Shown here: positions 29,869 through 39,292 of the stretch, in pieces
How positions within the stretch are numbered: position 1 is the first letter of the stretch
How the letters are laid out: the number at the start of each line of letters is the position of its first letter
IMG/VR virus record: IMGVR_UViG_3300032401_000001
Location: 32,001 to 96,000 of that record
Strand: one strand, 5' to 3'
From: a virus
DNA length: 64,000 bases
Translations under genes and position numbers: made by a program
The notes under the pieces: model-generated
Seen by the model: only the letters and a program-made list of their open reading frames with translations
The model's database searches: none
What the model was told of the DNA's origin: nothing

Positions 29869-30303
29869 ATGATCGACGTTCGGCTGAAGCAAGTCGTCTC
29901 CGCGTCGTTCAACAAGAGCTGTCACACGCAGCTCGAAGAGTTCCGTCGCGCCAACAAGGGCAACAACGATCTCGTCGATGGCTTCAAGCAAGGCGAAGCT
30001 GTCATGTTCCTCTCGCTCGGCGAGAACCAGCTGCGCTTCTGCTACAAGCCCATCGAGGCCGAGCGCGGCGAGCTGCTCGGCTCAGCCGAGTGCTGGATGC
30101 CGGATCACGTCCACACCAGCTACTTCTGGCTGCAGATCCGCCTGAGCGGCCGCTGGAACCCGCTCATGCTGGCCAACATCGCCAAGCGCGCCGGCATCCA
30201 CCTCGTCGGTCTCAAGCACTTCGAGGAGTACTACGAACACCTCCTCACCGAAGACCGCATCACCAAGCGGGAGGTGAAGGAGAAACGGCGCAAGTCCGGC
30301 TAG
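29869..30303 (+). CDS. Hypothetical protein, weak resemblance to IS66 accessory TnpB fold
   Basis: SD GGAGG; 'GEAVMFLSLGENQLRF...LQIRLSGRWNP'. Confidence 0.6.
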   Translation: MIDVRLKQVVSASFNKSCHTQLEEFRRANKGNNDLVDGFKQGEAVMFLSLGENQLRFCYKPIEAERGELLGSAECWMPDHVHTSYFWLQIRLSGRWNPLMLANIAKRAGIHLVGLKHFEEYYEHLLTEDRITKREVKEKRRKSG

Positions 30304-30304
30304 G

Positions 30305-30319
30305 CTTTACCGCGTAAAG
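30305..30319. promoter_or_regulatory. TTTAC-N3-GTAAA palindrome
   Basis: CTTTACCGCGTAAAG between a stop codon (30303) and the SD of the next gene. Confidence 0.7.
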
Positions 30320-30333
30320 AAAGGAAGACGACG

Positions 30334-31152
30334 ATGCCGATGAGCCGCGCCGAGGCCATCTGTGCCTGCCGCAACACCATCGAGGTCATCGAGGCGCTCG
30401 ACGAGATTCTGCCCGCGGAATACGGCACTTCGGTGCACGACCGCACCAAGTCGACCCTCGAGTACATCATGAAGACGCCGCAGTACCCCACCGTCACCGA
30501 GAAGATGGACACCGCCATCCGCAATATCTGGACGGGGCTGCAGAAGTGGAACCGCAAGGGGCAGGCCAACGCGGATCTCTTCTACGGACTGGCGGATGTC
30601 ATCGGTGAACTGTCGCACCCGGCTCCGACTGCGGAACCCGACGAAGAGGCGGCCGGCATGGCCGCCGAGGCGAACCCCGAGTCCACGGCGGACTTCGAAG
30701 CGACAGCACGAGAGATGCTCGGTGAGCTGAGCGAGGCTGACAAACAGCGCCTGGCGGCCATGCGCGCAGGAGTGCAGCGACATACCACTGCTGCGCCAGT
30801 GCCGCCGCCAACTGCATCGAAGTTCATGGATCCGCCGGCGGGTTACATGGACGCGCAGGCGCGTCGCTCCGCCCCGCCGAGCGACTTCGGACTGATTGCG
30901 AAGTTCCTCCAGCTTGCCGCCAAGGCGCGCGAGAACGTCATCGCGATCATCCGCAGTCGTTACCGCGAGCGGGGCGTCAACGTGCTGGACCTCGACAAGA
31001 TCAAGCACGGGGACCTCACGCCCGTGCTGCGCTTGACCACGTCCGAGCGCACCCGCCAGTGCTTGGAGGCCGCCTACACTGCGGGCTACATCGCCGGCGC
31101 CAAGTCCACCATCGAAGAGCTCGAAGAACAGGTACGGAAGAACGGGTCATGA
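30334..31152 (+). CDS. Hypothetical protein
   Basis: 272 aa, SD GAAAGGA directly after palindrome. Confidence 0.7.
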   Translation: MPMSRAEAICACRNTIEVIEALDEILPAEYGTSVHDRTKSTLEYIMKTPQYPTVTEKMDTAIRNIWTGLQKWNRKGQANADLFYGLADVIGELSHPAPTAEPDEEAAGMAAEANPESTADFEATAREMLGELSEADKQRLAAMRAGVQRHTTAAPVPPPTASKFMDPPAGYMDAQARRSAPPSDFGLIAKFLQLAAKARENVIAIIRSRYRERGVNVLDLDKIKHGDLTPVLRLTTSERTRQCLEAAYTAGYIAGAKSTIEELEEQVRKNGS

Positions 31153-33110
31153 ACCGAATCACGCCGAACGTGATGGGCGTCACTTGGCTCACAGCTACGA
31201 CCAAAGATCGTGGTGACATCCCACTTGAACCGCTGCTCTACGTCGGCCTCGAGCATAAGGAGCCCACCCTGGCCGAGGCAATCGCGTATCTGCCGCGCTA
31301 CCTGCGCCTCATCTGGCCGGGCGGGGTCTATCAGGTACTCGATGCGCATACGCAGCAGCAGGTCTTCGTGCGCGACTCTCCGGTCGACCCGGCGTCGCAT
31401 GAGACCTTTCGGCGCCTGACTCACCACTGGGGCTGGTGGTTCATGCGGCTGGTCTGGTCCGATCGCCAGAAGCAGATGTTCTTCTCGGACTTCCAGATCA
31501 TGCAGGTCGGCGGCAAGGTGTTTCCGCTCCAATCATCCATCGAAACTGCGCTCAACGACCTGAACCTGTCGCGGCAAGCGTTGCACCAGCACCTGACAGC
31601 GGCGTTGCAGTATCCACCTGACGAGGCGCGCGACGAAGTTGCGACGGAACAGATCGAGAAGTACGAAGCTCTCGTCGGACCGCTTCCGGCGCATCTCTCA
31701 ACGTTGTCAGCGCCACCAGGTACGCAGGTAGTAGTCGATCGCCGGAAGTTTCTCGATGGTGAGCTGCGTCAAGCCGACATCACTGACGCGATGTGGGCTA
31801 CGCAGGGCAAGCCGCGGTTCGACCGGGTCATTGCCAAGCCCGACAAGGTCATCAAGGAAAAGCGCGACAAACAGCCCTGCGAGCGCTGTGGCAAAGATGG
31901 GCCGCGCTACCACTACTCGGTGAAGATCGGTGGTAACACGCGCAACGTGTGCATGGACTGCGCCGATGAGCTTGGAGCATCGGAGGTGTTCAAGGAGAAG
32001 CCCGCGGCGCCGAAGAAGAGCGATCACGACGCAGTCGTCGAGGGTTATCTCGATACGTTGAATGCGATGTACTACGCGACCACGCTGCCGGCGGCACCGG
32101 ATCGTCTCGTGTCGCAGCAGGACTACCGCCACATCTATGCCGCTTTGAAAGAGGCACGCATCTACGAGCTCACGTCGACCGATCTTTCACCGGGCCTCAT
32201 GCAGCCGGCTTGGCAGTACTTGGCGCAAATAGCCGGTATCGACGGACCACCTGCGGAACATATAAACGAAATTCGGCGAGCAGCAGCCTTGTTGATTCCG
32301 CAGATGCCGATGCCTAGTCCTCTACCCTTTCCGTCTATCTACGTCGGTTGGGGACAGGGCTACAGCTATGTCGACGAGACGAATCCCACCGAACGCGTCA
32401 TCGGTTGGTTGCTGACCGAAACTGGTGACCTCATCGCATTCAGTTGGCGCCTCGTCGGAGATGCACGGCACTACGAAGTAGCTGCACTTCCATTCCGGCG
32501 CCCCGCTGGCTGGAACGTTCGCCCCGAGGATAACCCAGCGGTACCGGAGTACGATTACTGCGACATTCCCTGGATCGCTACCTTGCTCGTCGCTGCGCTC
32601 AACGACAAGCAAACCATCGTCCTGCGCCAGGAGAAGACGCCGCTGCGCGAGCGGCTGCAGTTCGAGAAGGCCTCGAAAAAGGCGCGCCAGCGGTTCCTGC
32701 CCCGGCCGTACTACACGGTGACCATCCAGGAGCAGGTGGTACAAGACCACGCCCGGAAGCTGCCTCGTCTGGTCATTCCGCGCGAGTGGTCGCATCGCTT
32801 CGATCGTGACGCTCACTACCGCCACTTTGTACGACGTGGCCCCCTACCTCTAGGAGACCGCAAACGCCAGGCGTTACAGCAGGTCGGCTTCGCGATCTTC
32901 ACCGATCCAGCTGAGGTCACCGGTGAGGCCATGGCCATCCTTATGCGCCGGGGCGTTCCGCAGATGAAGGCCGGCGAGTGGTTGGCCACCAAGAAGACGC
33001 ACGTCGATGCTCAGCTGCAGATCCCGCACGGACGGACAGACCTGCCGTACGTTCCCGCGGTGCGTAAACCCGAAGGACCGTTGATCCCAGATCCGTCGAA
33101 GTCTAAGTGA
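31149..33110 (+). CDS. Large hypothetical protein with central CxxC-CxxC Zn finger
   Basis: 653 aa from ATG coupled to previous stop; 'CERCG...CMDC'; C-terminal 'SHRFDRDAHYRH'. Confidence 0.7.
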   Translation: MNRITPNVMGVTWLTATTKDRGDIPLEPLLYVGLEHKEPTLAEAIAYLPRYLRLIWPGGVYQVLDAHTQQQVFVRDSPVDPASHETFRRLTHHWGWWFMRLVWSDRQKQMFFSDFQIMQVGGKVFPLQSSIETALNDLNLSRQALHQHLTAALQYPPDEARDEVATEQIEKYEALVGPLPAHLSTLSAPPGTQVVVDRRKFLDGELRQADITDAMWATQGKPRFDRVIAKPDKVIKEKRDKQPCERCGKDGPRYHYSVKIGGNTRNVCMDCADELGASEVFKEKPAAPKKSDHDAVVEGYLDTLNAMYYATTLPAAPDRLVSQQDYRHIYAALKEARIYELTSTDLSPGLMQPAWQYLAQIAGIDGPPAEHINEIRRAAALLIPQMPMPSPLPFPSIYVGWGQGYSYVDETNPTERVIGWLLTETGDLIAFSWRLVGDARHYEVAALPFRRPAGWNVRPEDNPAVPEYDYCDIPWIATLLVAALNDKQTIVLRQEKTPLRERLQFEKASKKARQRFLPRPYYTVTIQEQVVQDHARKLPRLVIPREWSHRFDRDAHYRHFVRRGPLPLGDRKRQALQQVGFAIFTDPAEVTGEAMAILMRRGVPQMKAGEWLATKKTHVDAQLQIPHGRTDLPYVPAVRKPEGPLIPDPSKSK

Positions 33111-33337
33111 ATAGGCGGTGGTCAGGGGTAGATCGCTGACTGCCACCTCTCTCGAGTGCCGCTACGCGCGCACGCTGGTGCCACACCAGCACAGCAGGAC
33201 GACCTTGCGGGCACCGGGATCTCGAGACGCTCCGGGCCACCCAGCTCGGCACAAGCGCCGCTGGGCCGCCCGGACGTCTCTGGATCACAGTGCAGAGTTG
33301 CGTGTTCATCGAACACGCCATCGAGGAGAGAGGTACA

Positions 33338-33667
33338 ATGCGGAAGAAGCGCAGCAAGCTGTGCACCACGACGTTCATGCTCGACGTTCACTACGACTCG
33401 AAGCGGATCAACCTAGCGAAGATTGGTGCCGCACTCAATCGGCTAGTCAGCACGTTGGAGTTCGGCGCTGCTGATGTCGATGGGCTCGGGGTCATTGCGG
33501 GTGAAACCAAGACCATCTCGTTGGCACGCTGCCAGGACTGCACGCGGGTCTTCGCCGAGGAGAACCTGGAAGAAATCCGGCACCTCGACACGCGCGTCCA
33601 CCCCGGTGAACCGATGCCCGCTGGACAATGCCCCGCATGCGGAGCGCTGTGCCAGCTGATCACGTGA
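33338..33667 (+). CDS. Zn-ribbon hypothetical protein
   Basis: 'CQDC...RVHPGEPMPAGQCPACGAL'. Confidence 0.65.
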   Translation: MRKKRSKLCTTTFMLDVHYDSKRINLAKIGAALNRLVSTLEFGAADVDGLGVIAGETKTISLARCQDCTRVFAEENLEEIRHLDTRVHPGEPMPAGQCPACGALCQLIT

Positions 33668-33668
33668 C

Positions 33669-34088
33669 ATGCGCTGCGCCGAGTGTCCGCTGAGCCTGGC
33701 GTGCTGGAGTGGCCACCTCGGCGTCACTCGAGCCCGCCCAGAACTGTGTCCGCGTTGTAAACGCTTCGTCGTAGCAGTAGTCCCCGATGCCGGAGAGATT
33801 GATGAAGGCGTTGGTGGGTTGTGGTACGCCCTGAAGTGCGAACAGCGTCCGTTCGACCGGGCTATGAATCGGCGCTGGCAGCAGCTGATGAAGAAGCAAC
33901 GCGAAGAGATGGCACGAACCCGTCAACAAGCGCACATAATTCCTCGAACGACGGAGGACCCCGTCAACCGGTTGCCCATGGGCTTGGTCCTCGGTGAATG
34001 CGTCATCTGCAGCGGCTGGGTGGCGCGCTGGAACGGCAAGTATATCGACCTCGACGAAGTCGCCCAGGCGGCCTTGGAGGACGCATGA
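33669..34088 (+). CDS. C8 (CxxCPxSLxC) family paralogue 1
   Basis: MRCAECPLSLAC...CPRC...LKC...CVIC. Confidence 0.75.
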   Translation: MRCAECPLSLACWSGHLGVTRARPELCPRCKRFVVAVVPDAGEIDEGVGGLWYALKCEQRPFDRAMNRRWQQLMKKQREEMARTRQQAHIIPRTTEDPVNRLPMGLVLGECVICSGWVARWNGKYIDLDEVAQAALEDA

Positions 34089-34273
34089 AGAAGGACATCT
34101 CGGTGAAAGGTGAGACATACCAACGCCTGCAACGTGAAGCCAAGCAGCGGGGGGTCAGCGTCACCGCGCTCGTGGCGGACATCGTGCATCGCTTCTTCCA
34201 CGGCGGCGCGGCCCCGAAGGTATCGAAGAAGGCACCGGCGTCCTCGCCGCCGGCGATGCCGACGACGTTCTGA
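34085..34273 (+). CDS. Ribbon-helix-helix DNA-binding protein
   Basis: 'KDISVKGETYQRLQREAKQRGVSVTALVADIV'; coupled both sides. Confidence 0.7.
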   Translation: MKKDISVKGETYQRLQREAKQRGVSVTALVADIVHRFFHGGAAPKVSKKAPASSPPAMPTTF

Positions 34274-34578
34274 TGATCGCGCTCCGCACCGCGGCTGACT
34301 GCCAGTACTGCCCCTACTCGCTGATCTGCCTCGGTGAAGCGTGGACGCCATCGATGCGCCGTGAAGCGCGACTGCGCCAGTGCATGAGCTGCCACGCCAT
34401 GTTCTTCAACGTCGGCCACCGGACGTACATCTGCGGAGTTTTTCGGCAGCGCAACACTGAGGTGCAGCACGTGTACATCACTACGCAGCGGTGTCATGGT
34501 CGTCGTAGTGACGGTCGGATATACGCCGAGAACTGCTTCGAGCTCTATCAGAACCACCTAGAGAAACCCCACTCCTAG
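34273..34578 (+). CDS. C8 family paralogue 2 (degenerate last CxxC)
   Basis: DCQYCPYSLIC...CMSC...YIC. Confidence 0.7.
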   Translation: MIALRTAADCQYCPYSLICLGEAWTPSMRREARLRQCMSCHAMFFNVGHRTYICGVFRQRNTEVQHVYITTQRCHGRRSDGRIYAENCFELYQNHLEKPHS

Positions 34579-34593
34579 AGAAGGAAACCCCCG

Positions 34594-34896
34594 ATGATCG
34601 CATTCAACATTGACCTCGGCAAACTGCGTGGCTTCTCGCACGACCCGTTGGCCTTCATGACGGGCTTCGTGCACGGCTACCGAGAAGGCACGGAGAAGCC
34701 GGGCAACACGGTCGATCAGACCCTCGACAAGGACGAACCCCCGGTAACGCTCGACAGCCAAGGACAGATCTTGGCCAAGGAGTACCTCCGCGGCCGCCGA
34801 CTGGGTGTCGCGGTCCTGGAGAAGCGGCGCCCGATGCCGAAGTGGGCGCACCCCAGCAACGGCACCGGTGGAAAGGGCAAGACCCGATGCCTGTGA
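34594..34896 (+). CDS. Hypothetical protein
   Basis: SD GAAGGA. Confidence 0.6.
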   Translation: MIAFNIDLGKLRGFSHDPLAFMTGFVHGYREGTEKPGNTVDQTLDKDEPPVTLDSQGQILAKEYLRGRRLGVAVLEKRRPMPKWAHPSNGTGGKGKTRCL

Positions 34897-35081
34897 GCTA
34901 CGTTGGGATTCGTGCCGGCCGAACCTTCGAAACATGGCTCGAAGAAGTTCACCGTCATCTCAGTGAAAAGCTTACTGAAGCAGACGTGACGAAGCTCCTT
35001 GCTCGTCAACCTCTGTGGGACTACTGGAGTAGCCAGTATTCTCCTAGTGATGCTGCTGACGACATGACGCCGGAGGAGTGA
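34887..35081 (+). CDS. Small hypothetical protein
   Basis: Overlaps previous stop; lower GC. Confidence 0.5.
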   Translation: MPVSYVGIRAGRTFETWLEEVHRHLSEKLTEADVTKLLARQPLWDYWSSQYSPSDAADDMTPEE

Positions 35082-35082
35082 C

Positions 35083-35502
35083 ATGCCGAAGCCGAAGAAA
35101 GCGACGCCGTTTCGTCTCACCCTCGATGTCGACGTGGAACTGAATGGCCTGAAGCCGGCCGACATGCTCGCCGAACTGGAAGCGGCCGCGAAACACCTCT
35201 TCGACGAAGGCCTCATCACCAACGAAACACCGGCGGAGGTCACGCGCTGGACCACCGCAGTCGTTGCTGATCCGCCCCACGAGTTGGCGCCATTGCTGGA
35301 GTACGCACGGGCACTCGAAGCTCTCGAAGAATTCGTCGACACTGTCAACGCCACGGGCGGTGTCTTCATTGACCGTAAGGGACTGACCTGTCCCCGTGGC
35401 GACGAAGAGTGGTGTGATTTGGGCACCGCGTACCTCAAGGCTTGCACCATGCTGAAACGCAGACCCAAGCTCGATCGGAGCTACCATGGCGAGACTCCGT
35501 AG
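35083..35502 (+). CDS. Hypothetical protein
   Basis: SD GGAGGAG. Confidence 0.65.
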   Translation: MPKPKKATPFRLTLDVDVELNGLKPADMLAELEAAAKHLFDEGLITNETPAEVTRWTTAVVADPPHELAPLLEYARALEALEEFVDTVNATGGVFIDRKGLTCPRGDEEWCDLGTAYLKACTMLKRRPKLDRSYHGETP

Positions 35503-35755
35503 CGACTACGAACTCATCGAGCTCATGCAGACCAAGATGTTCTTCGTCGAAGATGAGACGCTGAGCACCGCTGAGAAGAAGCTCGAGCGCATCCACTACT
35601 TCATCGACGCCTACAACGACACCAACCAGGACACCGTCGAGTTCGCCCCAGAGCTGAAGATCGTCGTCGAGCGCATCCTCGACGGTAAGCGCCCGGTGAA
35701 GCTGCACTACCTCACGGACTTCGAAGGAGAAGCTGAGCCCGCCACTCCGCCATGA
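35486..35755 (+). CDS. Hypothetical protein
   Basis: High GC3, coupled. Confidence 0.65.
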   Translation: MARLRSDYELIELMQTKMFFVEDETLSTAEKKLERIHYFIDAYNDTNQDTVEFAPELKIVVERILDGKRPVKLHYLTDFEGEAEPATPP

Positions 35756-36093
35756 CCTGCGAGACCTGCCCCGACACCATTCTGTGCTGGCAGAATCAAC
35801 TTCGTCGACGGCAGTGCTGGTACTGCAAGCGCTGGGAAGTGGCGTCCTACGATCAGCCGTGGGCTAAGATCGCCGACCGACTCAGTAGCACCACGGCGAG
35901 CGTAATCGCAGCTCACCGGCACATCCACGTCCGCGCTTGCCCTGACGCGGTCGGTGCTTCACGTAGTCTAGTAGAAGGTGACCCGTCGAGGTTCTATAAG
36001 ATGGGTACCATCTGTAGCGCGTGTCGCCGGAAGTACCGCTACACCTCGCGCGGTGAGATAGCGCACGCAGCCACGTACGTCTACGACGACTGA
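35752..36093 (+). CDS. C8 family paralogue 3
   Basis: MTCETCPDTILC...CWYC...RAC...CSAC. Confidence 0.75.
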   Translation: MTCETCPDTILCWQNQLRRRQCWYCKRWEVASYDQPWAKIADRLSSTTASVIAAHRHIHVRACPDAVGASRSLVEGDPSRFYKMGTICSACRRKYRYTSRGEIAHAATYVYDD

Positions 36094-36102
36094 GGAGGTC
36101 TC

Positions 36103-36291
36103 ATGAAGCTCAGGCGCACCCTCCCTCCCACCGTGATGGCGCAGATGCGCCGGGACGGAGCGACGCTGGCGGAGATTGCCGCAGTCGCACACATAGGTAG
36201 AGAACGAGTTCGCCAGCTGGTGAATCTCGTAAGGAGGCGCGGTTCACGCGCCTCCCATCGTTTCGATCCCAGAGCCAAGGTGTCGCGATGA
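36103..36291 (+). CDS. Small sigma-70 region-4-like HTH protein
   Basis: SD GAGGAGG; 'TLAEIAAVAHIGRERVRQL'. Confidence 0.65.
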   Translation: MKLRRTLPPTVMAQMRRDGATLAEIAAVAHIGRERVRQLVNLVRRRGSRASHRFDPRAKVSR

Positions 36292-36560
36292 AGATGAAGC
36301 TCGCCGTCCTACTCTTCAACCACAGCGCCGGAACCGACGTGCTAGTGCACCCGGTACCTGACGCTTGGACCTCTGACCAAGCGATTGCCTACGCCCGCTG
36401 CGAGCTCGAAGAGCAGTACGGCAAGGACGACATCGCTTACACGCTGCAACACCACGGCGACATCGAACACCGGCTCTTCCTCGACGAGAAGGGCTACTGT
36501 GCCTTCAACCATGCCGACGGATTGAGCGAGAAGTTCAGCGTTCAACTGGTGCCACGATGA
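36288..36560 (+). CDS. Hypothetical protein
   Basis: Coupled both sides. Confidence 0.6.
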   Translation: MKMKLAVLLFNHSAGTDVLVHPVPDAWTSDQAIAYARCELEEQYGKDDIAYTLQHHGDIEHRLFLDEKGYCAFNHADGLSEKFSVQLVPR

Positions 36561-36889
36561 AGACCAAGCGGCGCAAACGACGCAAGCCACTGACGTTTCT
36601 TCAAATCGACGATCTGCGTCACGACATCCTCAAGTGCGTGCACGCGGCGCTCGATCCCGACGACGCTGAGGAGTGGCTGACGGAGTACCTCGAGCCCCTG
36701 GTGCAGGAACGAGCCGAAGTGGAGATCGAGAATGTCAACATCGCGGGTCCCGAAGCGCAGCTCGAGTACCTCCTCAAAGGGTACAACGGGCCGCAGTTCG
36801 AGAAGATCTTCAAAGACCTCCGGCGGGAGCTCCATACCAACCCTGCGCAGAAGCCCGACCCGGCGCGACCCGTACGAGGTCATGGCTGA
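36557..36889 (+). CDS. Hypothetical protein
   Basis: Coupled both sides. Confidence 0.6.
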   Translation: MKTKRRKRRKPLTFLQIDDLRHDILKCVHAALDPDDAEEWLTEYLEPLVQERAEVEIENVNIAGPEAQLEYLLKGYNGPQFEKIFKDLRRELHTNPAQKPDPARPVRGHG

Positions 36890-37037
36890 GCTGTCGCGGC
36901 CCCAGCTGCACGATCTCGTGCGTGAGATCTACGACCTGCTGTGGATTCCTCCCGCCAACGACTGGAACCCTGACACCGTCGACGAAATCGGCCAAGCGCT
37001 GATCAAGCGGGGCATCCATCCGCGCGAGGACCACTGA
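36882..37037 (+). CDS. Small hypothetical protein
   Basis: SD GAGG; 'DLLW...WNPDTVDEIGQAL'. Confidence 0.55.
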   Translation: MAELSRPQLHDLVREIYDLLWIPPANDWNPDTVDEIGQALIKRGIHPREDH

Positions 37038-37038
37038 C

Positions 37039-37389
37039 ATGGCGCGGGTAGTGCGCTGCCAGGGCTGCCCGGGGCTGTGCTGCAAGGCTTTCGACGCCAT
37101 CGTGCTCGCACCTGGAGATGCGTCGCGCCTGGCCAAGTTCCTGAAGTTGTCGATGCGGGTCTTCGACCACCGCTACCTCGAGCATGAAACCCCGTTCAGT
37201 TTGCTCACCCGAATCATCGATGGTTGGGGACAAGATGGACCGCGCACGTTCATCCAGATCAGCCGCATCGCGTGTCCGTTCTTGCTGCCAACAGGGCGTT
37301 GCCGCGTCTACGCGGCGCGGCCGCGGGCCTGCCGCGTCTTCAAGCCTGGCAACCACTATTGCCGCCAACTGCGAAGGGAGCGTACGTAA
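37039..37389 (+). CDS. YkgJ-family Zn/Fe-chelating Cys-cluster protein
   Basis: 'CQGCPGLCC' and 'CPFL..GRC.VY..RP..CR.F'. Confidence 0.85.
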   Translation: MARVVRCQGCPGLCCKAFDAIVLAPGDASRLAKFLKLSMRVFDHRYLEHETPFSLLTRIIDGWGQDGPRTFIQISRIACPFLLPTGRCRVYAARPRACRVFKPGNHYCRQLRRERT

Positions 37390-37814
37390 TGGGACGCGAT
37401 ATGCTGATCTCGTTCGTCGAGATCGAACACGACAAGAAGCCGAACTTCAAGAAGGCCGCCGCGGTCCTGAAGAAGCTCGACGCTGAAACGTTGCAACACG
37501 CCATCGAGATAGCTACGGGCAACGAACACTGTGAAGCCCAAGATGCGCGCAACCGCATCGAGAAAGCGCTCGAAAACACCGTGGCGGGTTGGAACGACAA
37601 CTTGCGCATGATGGTCAAGTGCCGCGGCCTCGCCACGACATTGCTCATCGCTGCTGACGGCAGCTGGGGCGATTCTGTCGAGGAGTGCGACGACCTCAAT
37701 CTCTTCGCCGAGAGCGGGTTGGCCGAGGCCGCGGGGTTCCTGACCAAGCCCGTCAAGATCATCGTGCCCAAGCCCAAACCCTGGAAGAAGAAGGCGAAGG
37801 TGAAGCGTGGGTAG
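37389..37814 (+). CDS. Hypothetical protein
   Basis: TAATG coupling. Confidence 0.65.
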   Translation: MGRDMLISFVEIEHDKKPNFKKAAAVLKKLDAETLQHAIEIATGNEHCEAQDARNRIEKALENTVAGWNDNLRMMVKCRGLATTLLIAADGSWGDSVEECDDLNLFAESGLAEAAGFLTKPVKIIVPKPKPWKKKAKVKRG

Positions 37815-38166
37815 CATCAGCCGTGGCAACCGCTGCGAGCGGTTCATCAAGGAGTTCAACGATGACGTCGTCAAGTTCTACGACGTCCCGGTCGCCGATG
37901 GCGGTCCCTTCGTTTCGGTGGGGCTGGGCGTCCACGATGTCTTCGAGCAGGTGTTCCTCTACGTGACCGTGAAATTGCCCAGCGGCGAGTACGAGCTCAT
38001 GTTCGACGACATCCTCTTCGACCCGGAAGGCCCGTGTGTGCGGGACCTCGTCGAGAGTGTCAAGCCGTACTGCCATGACGACGCCAGTGAGGCGCGCCAG
38101 CGCCTCGTGAAAGCGGAGCTGATCGATGCCGAAGAAGCCGAAGACGACGCCAAAGAAGACCCCTAG
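37807..38166 (+). CDS. Hypothetical acidic protein
   Basis: High GC3, overlapping starts/stops. Confidence 0.6.
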   Translation: MGSISRGNRCERFIKEFNDDVVKFYDVPVADGGPFVSVGLGVHDVFEQVFLYVTVKLPSGEYELMFDDILFDPEGPCVRDLVESVKPYCHDDASEARQRLVKAELIDAEEAEDDAKEDP

Positions 38167-38449
38167 CGTGACGAAGCCCAAGAAGAAACGTCGACCACGC
38201 GCCCAAGACACGCTGCAGCTACCGGTCTGGAAGACGGTCTACAAGTTCACCGTCTACAGCAACGTGCAGATCTCGGGACAAGCCAACCTCAGCCGTGTCA
38301 TCGAAGAGACACAGAGTGGCGACCTCATCGGTGAGGAGGAGCTGATCGAGTCGAAGACCATCGACCCGCGCTGCGTGCGGCGGGCACTCATCAAGATCGG
38401 CAACGACGGCACGTTCTTCGATCGCGAGCCCGACGAAGAGGACCGCTGA
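38126..38449 (+). CDS. Hypothetical protein
   Basis: Basic N-terminus, coupled to next gene. Confidence 0.6.
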   Translation: MPKKPKTTPKKTPSVTKPKKKRRPRAQDTLQLPVWKTVYKFTVYSNVQISGQANLSRVIEETQSGDLIGEEELIESKTIDPRCVRRALIKIGNDGTFFDREPDEEDR

Positions 38450-38643
38450 TGCCCTGCGAAGCGGTCATCGACCTGCGACGACCCGTCCGCTCCGAGAAGC
38501 GGCGGGGCTTCCAGCCGCCTTGGTACACCGTGTACGTCTACCAGTGCCCCACCTGCCAGCGTGAAGTCACGGTGCGCGCCGGCAGCTTCCGGGGCCGCCG
38601 GCCGGAGCCCGGCGTCGGCGGCATTCGCTGCGGCGGACCATGA
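38449..38643 (+). CDS. Small Zn-ribbon protein
   Basis: 'YQCPTC...IRC'; TGATG coupling. Confidence 0.6.
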   Translation: MPCEAVIDLRRPVRSEKRRGFQPPWYTVYVYQCPTCQREVTVRAGSFRGRRPEPGVGGIRCGGP

Positions 38644-39065
38644 TCTGCGAGAAGTGCCCAGTCGCCCTGCTGTGCTTCGCCGACACGCTCGACGTGCGCT
38701 ACTGCACCCGCTGCAAAGGCCTGGTCTGCGGCGTCCCCAGCGACGATGAACGTGGCGTCAATCTATACTTGCGCATCATCGTGACGGTGCGCTGCACGCA
38801 GTACCATCTCGTACACCCCGACAAAGTTCGCCGGACGGCGCCAGCGATGACCAACTTCGACGGCTGTATCCGCTGCGATCCCATTGGTCACGCAAACACC
38901 GCGGAATTCTCACGCAGCGTCGATCACTACCACCACGGGCGTGACGGCAGCGTCTTGGGCTTCTCGCACGCCAAGTGGTGCAAGCGCGAGCGCTGGTGGT
39001 TGTACCGTGACAGCGATGAAGCGTCGCTGGGCTTCTACCTGCCCCGGCCGGTAGAGGCGCCATGA
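38640..39065 (+). CDS. C8 family paralogue 4
   Basis: MICEKCPVALLC...CTRC...VRC...CIRC. Confidence 0.75.
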   Translation: MICEKCPVALLCFADTLDVRYCTRCKGLVCGVPSDDERGVNLYLRIIVTVRCTQYHLVHPDKVRRTAPAMTNFDGCIRCDPIGHANTAEFSRSVDHYHHGRDGSVLGFSHAKWCKRERWWLYRDSDEASLGFYLPRPVEAP

Positions 39066-39292
39066 ACGACTGTGGCACCTGTCCGGCGGCGTTGTTGTGC
39101 CTGGCAAGCGACTACATCCACACCAGCTGTCAACAGTGTGGTTGCGGGGTGCATATTGACCCCTACTGCGACACGGTACTGCTTGTGCGAGAAGCGTGCT
39201 GCCAAACGCTGATAGGACGCTGGGTCTGGGGTCCTTGCTGCAGCACGAATCCCGCGTGGCAGCGCTGGAAGGTCATCGATGCCCGCACCTGA
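39062..39292 (+). CDS. C8 family paralogue 5 (short, degenerate)
   Basis: MNDCGTCPAALLC...CQQC. Confidence 0.7.
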   Translation: MNDCGTCPAALLCLASDYIHTSCQQCGCGVHIDPYCDTVLLVREACCQTLIGRWVWGPCCSTNPAWQRWKVIDART

